Assembly: GCA_040285855.1 (NCBI GenBank)
Contig: JAUFOQ010000016.1
Span: 1,488,001 to 1,552,000 of the forward strand
From: Eukaryota sp. GEM-RC1
Lineage: Eukaryota
DNA: 64,000 nucleotides
Reading direction: 5' to 3'
Part shown: positions 48,159 through 59,546 of the stretch, piece by piece
Layout of the letters: the number at the start of each line of letters is the position of its first letter
Numbering within the stretch: position 1 is the stretch's first letter
Notes under the pieces: generated by a model
Told to the model about the DNA's origin: nothing
The model's input: only the letters and a program-made list of their open reading frames with translations
The model's database searches: none
Translations under genes and position numbers: made by a program

Positions 48159-49814
48159 ATGCTGGACACTTATTGTCTCATCACTCTTCTCGTTGTTCTG
48201 GTAGTTGCACAACCTAGGCCTTCACGACCAACTTACAGCAACGCCGATGTCTTTGTGATACTCTCCCCTGTTAAGTCTGATGTACTTCTACCATCTTTCC
48301 CCTTTAACATTACTTGGACAACAACGGGCCAACATAACACTATTTCCATCAGCTATGCTTGTGGGTTTTCTGATTGGATTGTTGTTGCCAATGCCATTCC
48401 TAACACCAATTTCTTTCTCTGGACTCCATCAGGAGAAGAACTAGGAGATAGCTGTCGAATTCAGCTATCAGCAGACTCTAAAGAATCTACCTCAGACGTT
48501 TTCACCATCACCAACTCTCCTCTAAAAGTTCTATATCCTGCATTCAACGACATTTTTTCCTATATAGACAGTGTTAACGTACAATGGTCCAATGTTGGTC
48601 AGAAGTATTTTGACCGTGTTGATGTTATTTTCAGATCAGAGGTATTGGAAAATGACGTCATGTTGGCCTCGAACTTAAAAGACGAGCTACACTTCGTCTT
48701 TAGTCTGAATGAAACCTTTAAATATGGTCAAGGACAAATCTTAGTTAGGGCGTCTCAACATTTAGAATTACAGGCAAAATCTGAAAAGTTCTATTATTTC
48801 GCAAAAGTGTTAACAATTACTAATCCAACGAGTTACTCTATGTGGTTCTCCTATCAAAATTACACAGTTGCTTGGAGCAACGCTTTTGATCCCAATCTAG
48901 CTGAAATTGCCTTAATCGATGAGTATGGGGTTACAATCAATGTCGATATTGTTGATCGTCAATCAAATTCCATCACAGTCAACTGTCCAAATATCCCTGA
49001 TGGTCGGTATTATGTGATCGTGTCTAGTAAAGAAGCTCCGTCTACGGCAGGAGTTTCCACCCGTTTTGATGTCAGGCAATCTAGAATTTCTATCGATACT
49101 AAGTTGTCACAGAATTATTTGTTTCCAAAGTCGTCGTTGAAATTGAATTATCTTTATTCAGGGAATATTGACTTTATCACTGTAAAGCTGAACTGTAAAT
49201 CAAAAACGATTGATTTAGCGGAAAAGTTTCCTGTTTCTAGTTCTTTCTTGTTGACTGTACCGGAAAACGCACCAGTTAATGAAGACTGTGCAATTAAGTT
49301 CTTTGATACTTATGTTCCAAAAATTGAGACTGAAACAGAATATTTTAAAATATTCTCTTCTCCTAGATTTGTTTCTCCTTTTGCCAATCAAATCTTTCAA
49401 CCTGATGACAAAGTTCTTCTTAAATGGGAGTCGAAGAGTGACGTTTCTGCGTGTTCTGTGGACCTCTACGTTAAAAACACTGTTACTGGACATATTGGTC
49501 TTCTTTCTCCCAACCAACCTCTGACAAGTTCTTATCTTGGCTATTTGTCTTGTTACAATAATACTAATGGAATTTTCAATGCTTTCTTAAATTCTTCAAA
49601 TCCTCACTGTCTTGTGAGCGTGTCTTCTAAGCAGTTTATAGTTGAAGATCAGGATTTACTACCATTATGGATGTATCCACTTGTGATTTTTTCTTTTATT
49701 GTTATACTGTTCTGTTGTTGTTTCCGTCGTGCTCCGAAGATTGGGTATTCAATTATTCCTGATAATCAGGTTCTGTATTATGATATTGCATATGAGTGCT
49801 TTACACCACGATAA
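48159..49814 (+). CDS. Type I surface protein with repeated beta-rich (Kre9/KNH-like) domains
   Basis: Signal peptide, four repeats of SP...I/VxW, and a TM segment with a CCC motif near the C-terminus. Confidence 0.75.
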   Translation: MLDTYCLITLLVVLVVAQPRPSRPTYSNADVFVILSPVKSDVLLPSFPFNITWTTTGQHNTISISYACGFSDWIVVANAIPNTNFFLWTPSGEELGDSCRIQLSADSKESTSDVFTITNSPLKVLYPAFNDIFSYIDSVNVQWSNVGQKYFDRVDVIFRSEVLENDVMLASNLKDELHFVFSLNETFKYGQGQILVRASQHLELQAKSEKFYYFAKVLTITNPTSYSMWFSYQNYTVAWSNAFDPNLAEIALIDEYGVTINVDIVDRQSNSITVNCPNIPDGRYYVIVSSKEAPSTAGVSTRFDVRQSRISIDTKLSQNYLFPKSSLKLNYLYSGNIDFITVKLNCKSKTIDLAEKFPVSSSFLLTVPENAPVNEDCAIKFFDTYVPKIETETEYFKIFSSPRFVSPFANQIFQPDDKVLLKWESKSDVSACSVDLYVKNTVTGHIGLLSPNQPLTSSYLGYLSCYNNTNGIFNAFLNSSNPHCLVSVSSKQFIVEDQDLLPLWMYPLVIFSFIVILFCCCFRRAPKIGYSIIPDNQVLYYDIAYECFTPR

Positions 49815-50084
49815 TCTCTTAACACTCTGATGTTTTTATCCATCCTAATGCTAAATATTTACGAAAGTTCTCTGACTTTTCTTATTTGGTTGTTCTTTGT
49901 GTACATGTGTAAATTGTGTTTCATGTATTAAGTGGCGAGGCGTTTGTACCCATCTCTTTAATATCATTCTAGTTCTAGTTGATAAAATTCTTCTACACTA
50001 ATCATCTACAAATATTTCGAAAAATTCTACATCATCATTATAGAAGCAATTTATTAACAAAAAATATAAACATCAAAAAAAAAT

Positions 50085-53000
50085 CTACTGCACACAATAG
50101 AGTTCGGCTAGGAAACAATGGAATTCATTACTTCCAATATTAGCGCCATACAAATTATCCCCTTGAACAAAATCCAAAAGAATTGACTTATCAATAGCCC
50201 TATAATCAGGTCTTCGTTCAACTGAACACTCAAGAGAAGCATGTCTTGTCAAAGCTGGTACAATGCTAGCTAGAGCTGCAGCAGCGTCTCCTTCATCAGA
50301 GAGAACAGGAGAGGAGATTAAAGGAGCTCTCATTGGAAGAACAGCAGGTTCCAGATGGAAGACGTCAGTTGTGGAAAACTTGGTAGCAATTTGAGAAACA
50401 AAAGGAATATGCATTTCAGTACAATATTGAATCTTTTCCAACAACAAATCCTTGAAGAATATCCAGTGAGAGAAGTGGAGATCTTCAGGAGAAACAACTA
50501 ACAAGATATCCAACAGCTTACAAACAGAGAGCAAGAGAGTGGGTGGAACTTCATTCTGACTTAAAATCCTAATCAGTTCTGGAATGATTGTTCCCCAATG
50601 AGATCTCAAATGTTGATGGGAAACACGACAGATCAAGCAGCGAAGAGCAAGTAAACCAGCGGTAGTGATGGAAACAGAAGTCTTACCATGTTTGTTGAGT
50701 AATTCCATGATTCTCTCCAACAAAACACCCACTTTACTTGAAAAGGCATTGTACTCTGCCGCTAGAATAATGAATGCAAGTCTGTAGAGGAAACCGACTC
50801 GATTCTTACACTCAGAATTATTAGACAAATACATCATTTTTGGCGGGAAGATGGTGTTCAGGGCGGCAACAAACTGGGAGACAGCAGTATCACCAGAGAT
50901 ATTCGAGAAGGGCTCAGAGACGGTGTGATTGATCATCAATAACCAATCAGACAGACAACTGAAGTTTTTGAAGAAGAAATGGTCATCATTGAAACTGTCA
51001 AGAACTTTCTGTCGAAGGAAAGAAGAAACTCGTCCATCAAATTTGATTGCCAACAAAAACTTGATTGCATAAGGTGAGTGACTTCGTGCTTCCTGTAATA
51101 ATTTGGAGAGGAACTTATCCAACAAAGAGTTAATATGAGGAGAAGCAACATCAGATAGAAGAGTGCATCTCAAAACCAGTGGAAAAACTTTACACATTTT
51201 TTGAATTGCAGCTACCTGAAAGTGGGTTTTGACTACATTCGCAGTACAATTTTTAAAATTTGTAACTAATTGATCAGGATTCAGAGGGAAACTCTTCGTA
51301 CACAGACTGGTCAATGATACTACAAGTTTGTTATAATATTCAAAAAAAGTCCTTTGGTTTTAACAATGCTGAAAACAATGACGTGGAATTAAACTTAGTT
51401 CCAAAGAAGTTAGCTGCATAAAGTAACAAAGACAGAGTATCAAAGAATACAAAGACAGAAGATCCTGAAACAGCTCCATTGGGAAAAGAGCAACAAGAGA
51501 AAGATATTCTGAAGCAATAGAAGCAAAAGTGGTTGAAGCAAAGTTAACGTCATTTAGGTTAAGTGACACGTCATCTGAGATGTAGAGATCAATCAAATCA
51601 ACAATATTCAAGGCTGTTGTCTCTGACTTCTCAATAAAGGGTTTAAAACCATTCTTATCAAGAGTATGCAATAGAACGAATACCAAACAAGAACTGAACT
51701 GTACAAATCCCAGCTCAATTGCTCGGAGTGACAACGAGCTACGTTCTAAATCATGGGCCAAAAGAGTTGAAGAAACTGATCGTGAGTGACTGGCAACTTC
51801 CTCGTCATTGTGATCAGATGATTCATTATCTGATTTGGTTTCTTCAATGTCTAATCGATCAACAAGTTCATCTAGAGACTGGGTGCCTTCAGAAAAGAAG
51901 TGGTACCGGGGATGCTGTAAGAAAAGGCAGACGATCCGTGTTTTCTGAAAGAAATCAGAGTTTCACTTAGAGAAGAGATCAACGAACTGAACGTGATATG
52001 ATTAGCGGATTTTGATTGGTATGACAGGATTACTTCATGTGCAATTAGATATAAAAGGGCTCGTTGATGACTCATCAATAATGAAACGTCACTTTCCGAA
52101 AAAGTCTTGATTGACTGAGAAACCTTGGAGGACATAAACATAAACCAAAGTCTAACCAAGCAATGACAGTAATCAGTGGACAAATATTTGAAAAATATTC
52201 TACTGATAAATTCAATTTCCATTTTCAACTGCAAGAATAGATACTCGGTAGTGTCCATTATAGCACGTTCATAGATACCAATCAAACTCTCAGAAATAAT
52301 AGGAAGGTATTGAATCAAAACATTCTTTGCCTGTTCAAACACAATATTACTTTCTCTAGTATTAGCTGGAGTTGTTTCAGTAAAGATATTACCAACAAAT
52401 CCTCCAATTAATCTAAATGGAGCAGTCACAACATCAGTAACAACTTCAAAAACATTATTCCCATCATCTGTAACCACAGTATTAGAAGCAAAAGACAGAA
52501 TTACTTCGGAAAGATTTCGTAGAGAGTTTCCTAGAAGTAGAAGTCTGTTACCCTCAAGACTGCCCGGATCTTCTTTCAAGTGTTTAACAGTGGTTCTAAG
52601 AGCTCTATTGATTCCAATAAAAGAAGCTGCAGCAAAGTAGTTGATGAACTTACCAGATGAAGGGAGGAGAGACTGAGAGAAGAGGCAAACTGATCTGAGA
52701 GCAGCACAATCAGAGATAGTTCCCAATGCAAATGCAAGAGTTTTAGATAACTCTCTTGCCTGACGAACAACATCAGAGGATTGTTCTAACATGACTGTCT
52801 CATCGTGGTTTCTAGTGGGTGATGAATGACTAAAACTAGGAGTAGAAAAAGAAGGAGTGACAGAAGATGATCGTCTAGACACTGGGGAAGGAACTGATAA
52901 GGACTGTTTGGTAGTTAAATCCATGAGAGACTCCTCCAAGAACTCAATCACTTCCTCGTTATCAAGTTGGTTCTCAGCTCCTTCTTGTTGTGAAGAGAAT

Positions 53001-55998
53001 CCTTCTGTAATCTCAAGAAGCTTGCTCAGAGTTCTAATGGAAGAGATGATTGAATCAAATAACTGGTTGTTGGTGGCAAAGAAGAAGAAGTTGATAACTC
53101 TTGAACGAAGGTTTCTAAATACTGAGATAAGGTCATTGATGGCTTTGAGAGTGACAGTATCAACTTTGCTTTTAGCTCGGTCAGATTTGATTGATACAAA
53201 AATGGAACAGAGATCAGAGAAGAGCTCAACAGCCATGTTTTCGATTTTAAGTACCGAGACTTTCTCAGAGTTGCTGAATGATTCAGCTGGAACAGCGTCA
53301 ATGAATTTAAAAGACAATAAAACTAGTAATTCATAATAATTGACTGGGAATACATCAACAACATCTAGTAGTTGATAGCTACGACTTACACCATCCTTTA
53401 AGAAATGTAATTTAAAAATACTTTCAATTTTGGATGAAAGAGGACTAGTCAGGCAGAGCTTCATTAAAGGCCAAATTTGCTTAACCAAGTGCAATAGATT
53501 GTTTAAAACATACAACACCCGCTCAAAATCAAAAACAGAACGAAACGTGTTGTCCTGGTCAGTAATTGTCTGATCGTCAAGCAAAATAATACACAGAGGA
53601 TCCAGAACAGAAGCAATAGACCCAGACTCACAACAAAAAGTACAAAAAGAAACAGCTGATGATCGAATTGCAGGATAATCTGAAAGAAGATACTCTAAGA
53701 CAATGAACAATGGCTTTGTGAAGAGAGAGTTGTGGTTCATATAGGTAATTGAATAAGTCCAAAGAATATTGAACTTATCCAGAGCCAAGAGTCGATCGGG
53801 AAAGTTCTCAACGGTTAAGGCTTGGATAATAACTTTTGAAGTTTCAGTCGAGTACAAGCGATCAAGGGAAGCCAACAAAGAGGAGGTGGTTTGATGGAAA
53901 GTTGTATGCACGGGATCTAGATAGGTCCAAAGCTTTCCAATGATTTGTTCAGACTTTGATGAAATTAATAGGGAAATATTTGGGAAGACTAAATGAAGAT
54001 GAACAACAGTATAGAAAGCAATAAGAGAAATCTCATCATCAGCCTTCACTTCAGACTTCAAACCCAAAGAGACCAAAAGCTCAATAAACTGACTAAACTC
54101 AGAGGTCTCAGTGAACTTATTACCTTCATTTAAGGAGAGAACGTTGAAGACAAAGAGGGCGGAGGAACAGCAAGTTTCCATCAACTCTTTAGTTAGAGAC
54201 TGTTGGAGAACAAAACACAATAACTTTACGTAATTATGGTACAAATCTCCGAAATATTGACCCTTGGAGTACTGAGTTGAACCAGATAAATCATATAATT
54301 GAGACTTCTTTTCTTTAAACCATTGAGGTAAAAGACTCGGGAAACTTGCTTTGGAACAAACATCATTGTTGGAGGAGAAACAGGACAAAGAACCCAACTT
54401 TTCTGGAGCAGAATCATTAACGGGAGCAAGAATTGCACCGTTATAGAAGGAAATTAAATATGTTAAGATCTTTTCAAAACTGAGAGGGTATTGGCCTGAG
54501 TCTGGTGTTGGAAATGACGTAGCAGAGGTCAAAAATCCACTAATTGTACTTGAAACTTTGTTAATGAAATTAAAATATTCAGTAAAAGAACTAGAATCAT
54601 TACAATAAGTGGGAAGCATTGGTAGTATATCAAAAATAATACATGCCAATTCAAATCCCTTAAACTTGATAGTATCACTTATAGAATGTAAAAGAGATGA
54701 TACAATCTGATTCAACTTATTCCACAAAAGAGAAACATTCAAATTAGAAAGCAGGGATACGCAGCTGTCAATAACAGCAATTCGAGACCCATATCCTGTA
54801 TCTTTGTCAACATAAATCTTTTCTGGATGTTCAGTAAAACCAAAGTGATGCACATGATAAAGCACTTCAGGAATCAATTCAACCAGAATGTTACTTCCAA
54901 CCTCGGCCTTTGACAGGAGGTACTCAACAACTTGATAAGGAAGAGTCAGTGACCCAACGTCTTCAATTGGAGAAGAAGAGCGACTGAAGATTTGTTTAAT
55001 TGTCTGGATAACCAGCTTCTTAGAATGTTCTAAAAAGAACTCCACAGAATCATCTCTACCCAGCATCCACTTCCAAATTCTTCTGGTTAAGGAAAGTTCA
55101 CGTTTACACAGGCAGAAACAAACTGCAGTGAACAAAGAGCCAAGGATCAATGGATCAAAGAACTCAAGAGAAAGGGGAAAGAACGTGACCAGAAGATCAA
55201 GTGCTGCTCTCTGGACTAAAGTGTTCTCAGATTTAAGACAGTTCTCAATAGCATGGCCAATGAGTATGGTTTCGTTAGCACTCTGATTGGCTATGACTTC
55301 TTTAAAGTGGATCTTGAGAAGGTCAGAGACGTAGCTGAGAGCAGGGTATCTGGAGGGAGGTGACGAAGCAATGGTTCGCCACGTGGCAGTTGTGAATACA
55401 GGGACAGAAACAAGAGTTTTAACAGAAGTGATGAGTTCAAGGGTTTCATCGTAGTTCTCGCTTCCTTCTTCTTCGAGGCCTGGGAAGAGAGCACCTAGTA
55501 ATGAAGGGAGGCAAGCAAGAAGAGCGGGACCAAGGTTGAGCAGATGTTTGTCGAAGAGTTTGAGTAGTACGGGCTTCACAGGCGTCGCACAGTATAATGA
55601 AAGAGGAAACAAACCAACTGAATAGAGTGGCAAGTCAAACGCGAGTTGCGGACCAATGCGAGTAAAAATGATGTCGAGAAGTGTTAAAGCATGTAGATGG
55701 ACACCAGATGGAAGTGCGGGTGAAAGAGATTGTGCTAAACGTTTCGCAAGAAGATGTTTGTGCGGAATGAACAAAAGATGAGCGTAACGAGAAGATTCAA
55801 GGACAGACTGGACCCTTTTAATGGATTTGATCAAATCGGTCCAATCTTTGGCCTTGAGAAAGTAAGTTAAAGCAGAAGAAATTGCATCTACGTAAGGAGG
55901 ATATTTCTTTACAGATGACCAGACTGACTCTAGAGTAAAAATAAAGAACTGAAAGGCATACCATCATCTGTTGGAGAAGGCAGAGTTTCTGGAGGCAT
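50085..55998 (-). CDS. DOP1: Dopey/DOP1 family protein; 32-nt intron at 55930-55961; frameshifts at ~51320-51900
   Basis: KKYPPYVDAI...DWTDLIK...LAKRLAQSLSPALPSGVHLHAL; C-terminal RLAFIIL, LRSHWGTIIPEL, SVCKLLD. Confidence 0.93.
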
Positions 55999-56083
55999 AT
56001 GTAGGAATGGCAAGATTGAAATTTCTACTGGAGAAACCTTCAACAAACCTTTTGAAGTTCTACATCACCAGTTCCACTACAAC

Positions 56084-57067
56084 ATGAACACCGAACCTCT
56101 AATTGATTCTGAACGAAATCTCTTTGGACCCTTTTCATTCAGTGAAAAAAAAGTGTGCTGGTTGCTTAGACCTATACGTCTTCTTCTACTATTGACTTTG
56201 GCTCCATTGCGTTTATTAATTTTCATTACTGGTACTTCTCTCATCGGTATATGGGTTTTTTTGCTGAATATTGGGAGTGGATTCCGTCGAACTGGAAGGT
56301 TGTCCTCATGGAGAAGAACACTGATCAAATGGCCTGTTCGGTTTGGAGCACGTCTAGCACTCTTTGCGCAGGGTTCAACTGGATTCAGCGTACACCATTC
56401 CCTAAAATTCCTGCTGACCAACCCTTCATTCTTCTCTCCAACCATTTGACTTATCTTGACATTCTCGTTCACTTACATTTGTCTTTCTGTTCTTTTGTCG
56501 CTCGAAAAGAAACCCGTAATCTCCCCTGTAGTTGGGTTAGTTTCAGAAGTTATTCAATCTGTTTATGTTGATCGATTTGATGTAAATAGTCGACAAAAGA
56601 CTCTAGATGCCATCAGTGATAGAGTGAAATCCCACCAAAACTATGACCACCCACTTCTAATATTCTGTGAGGGTACCATTACCAACGGTACTGCTGTTCC
56701 TAAGTTCAAGGTAGGGGCTTTTACCCCTGGCTGTGCCTTTGTTATAGCTCTGCTTAGATACAACAATCCCTTCTATAATGTTCCATGGGTTGCCAAGTCT
56801 GGTCTGATGAACATGTTAAAGATGGGAGCTTCGCCACACAACTCCGTTTCCATTACTTATCACACGTATTTTCCCTCGTCACAGGAAACGTCAGATCCTG
56901 TTCTTTACATGAATGGTGTTCGAAAGTTCTTTGCTAGTGAATTGGGCTTACCAATGAGTAGTTATGGGTATCATGAACATGTTGTTGGAATACGCTATTA
57001 TCGGGGAGATATAAACTTTGAGGAAGCAGAAAAGGAAATTCAAAGTTTACAAGAACAAAATTTGTAA
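56084..57067 (+). CDS. Lysophospholipid acyltransferase (LPCAT/PlsC family); two frameshifts
   Basis: NHLTYLD (HX4D), YVDR and LIFCEGTITNG...FKVGAF motifs. Confidence 0.88.
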
Positions 57068-57203
57068 TTAATTAATTAAGTTGATGTTTCCTAGTAGTAT
57101 TAATCAGTGTATTTGAATTAATGTAGCCCAATCAAATAGTATATTATAGTTTGGTTTTTTTAAACCCTTCAACTTTACCTAAAAAGCTGAATTGTTCATG
57201 TTT

Positions 57204-58133
57204 CTAATTATTTAATGAATATAACGTTTCATCACCATCACTCAGAACATTAACTCTACCAAGTTTCATTAAAGCCAAAGCCATTGGTTTCCCTGCGATC
57301 TCAGCTTCAGATCTTGACATCTTACCAATTTGAAGCAACTCAGAAAGAGTCATTTTTGATGGAAGAAATGAATTATCTGGTTGAAACAAGGCTTCACTAA
57401 TTGTATCATTAATTTCCCCAATGAAATCATTGATTCTCGATAAAGATATACTGGATCGGATAAACAATTGAAGTTGAGAATGTTCGGTTTCTGTGATGGA
57501 TTCCAATAGTCGAAGCTGTGATGTTGGCTCTTCTTTGATATCAAAAGTAAGAGATTCTGATAAATAAGGGGTTTGAATTTCTTCTTGGTTGGATAAACTC
57601 AACGATGATTTGTCTTCTGACAGAGCCCCAAGGGCCAAGTCTGATAGACCTAGGCCATCGAGTGTGGGAGTTTTGATATCAGCGACAACAGGCTGAACAG
57701 CAGCTGCAGGTGTCTTTGGAAGATAAGGTGTATGTGAGGTGTGAGGTGTTGGTGACTCCGATCCTTCCAAAGAAGAATCAGACATGGAGTCTGCTTCATT
57801 GGAGGGTAAAGTCAGTTGAGGAGGATCTGGTAACGAAATTCCCCTTTCATTAAGGTGACCAGTAATGTAAGCAAGGGATTGTTGTGTGGAAGTGCATACT
57901 TCAAGGATAGCATCGAATAATTCAGAAAGAGGGTCTTTGAATACAGTGTTTGATATACCTATTACAGTATCAGATACATCACAGATCTGATGTTTTAGTT
58001 GTGATAAGGGTGATGTTGATGAAGGAAGAAACATTGAGCCATCGTGTACCAGTTTGAGTTCATCAGATCTTGCACTGGTTTTGTTTAAAATATCACCCAG
58101 TGACTTAAAGTATCCAGTCAAAGGAGAAGTCAT
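57204..58133 (-). CDS. Ska complex subunit-like (Ska3/Ska1) kinetochore protein
   Basis: N-terminal coiled coil, TP-rich linker with KTPTLDGLGLS, C-terminal ITETEHSQL..FIRSSISLSRINDFIGEIN. Confidence 0.6.
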   Translation of the reverse strand: MTSPLTGYFKSLGDILNKTSARSDELKLVHDGSMFLPSSTSPLSQLKHQICDVSDTVIGISNTVFKDPLSELFDAILEVCTSTQQSLAYITGHLNERGISLPDPPQLTLPSNEADSMSDSSLEGSESPTPHTSHTPYLPKTPAAAVQPVVADIKTPTLDGLGLSDLALGALSEDKSSLSLSNQEEIQTPYLSESLTFDIKEEPTSQLRLLESITETEHSQLQLFIRSSISLSRINDFIGEINDTISEALFQPDNSFLPSKMTLSELLQIGKMSRSEAEIAGKPMALALMKLGRVNVLSDGDETLYSLNN

Positions 58134-59546
58134 TAATGTGTTTCTAAAGTACACCAAAGTTAAGTTAATCACAACAATTTTCTTGATCCACGTGGATAAT
58201 AGAGCACACCTATAATAACAATAACAAAATGAACAGGTGCTTTTCGATACAACACCTGCAATAATTGAATGAAGTGCTACATGTAGTTGATTTACAAAGT
58301 GGCTTTTTGTTCACATTTAGAAAAGAGTGCTCTATTAGACAGGGTACAGAAGAAGAGTCAGTATACAGTTGTTCAGTTGTAACGATACTAGTAAATAGGA
58401 ATGTGGATAGTTCATTACTTGTTTACAAATTGTGTTCTTGAGTTGGTCTTTGTACAGGAGACATACTCTTTTATATTGGAGATCCGTTATAAGCAAAATA
58501 TTCTCTCGGACAGTGTTAGAGGTTACAGGCTGTAACTTACAGTTCATCGACTAAAAATAGAAATACACAATTATTACAATTCTTTGTATGTAAACGAGTC
58601 ATAACAATCAGGCTTCAGGTCAAGAACTTTCATACAGAATTCCCTAATAATACTGGTACATCTAGTATTTTCATAGTTTTTATTATGATAAGTTTTTTTG
58701 TACCCTCCATCAATAAACCGTTCATACTAGTACATTTTTCTTCTTAAATCTGATGAGATTTTACATTGCACACCATTTGTACAGATTGTTGTGGCTCATC
58801 GACTCACATTGTATGTATTGAAGGTTGCCTTAATTCAATTCGTTTGGGACTCTGATACACTCATTCATTGCAAGACTCTACCAAGTTCAGATACTTATTA
58901 TGAATGTATTGATAACATCACCACAGACTGGTGCGGCTGTTCACAGGAACCCAAAACTTTCTGTTGCATAATTCGAATTTGTACTACTCAAATTCATTTC
59001 ACACAGTGCTAACGAAACTGTTGTTGATCCACATGAATCTGTTCTTTTGAATATTTGTTCTTACTCTTAAATAGGAAGATTCTGATACAATGTGGTGCTT
59101 ACCATTTGATCAACATAAATATTATGTGGTATGATTTATGTGTTCAGAAAAACACACAACAACAGAAACAACAAATTCATAACGACTATTACAACAAACC
59201 ATCAAACGTAAGTTACCAAAAGTAAGTTACCACCAAACAACTTGGCCAATTTGGAATCAACATACCTATACTTTGACTTAAAAATTGAAAGAACAAATTT
59301 TCACTTCCAGCACTATCTGTTAAACTTCGTGCCAAATGCTGACCAAAATAGAACATATGATTGTATCTGAATTAAAAGTTTCCTTCACAGATTGAATTAT
59401 AGACTGTCATTGCTACATAACTGCCTTGCTTTGTACAAACGAATATTAATCTAGAATTACAAGTTCTACTGAAGTACTACGAAACAAGTGACACAACTTG
59501 TTGTTTATTCTACACAGAAACGTTCTAAGAAACAGTTAAACAACTT

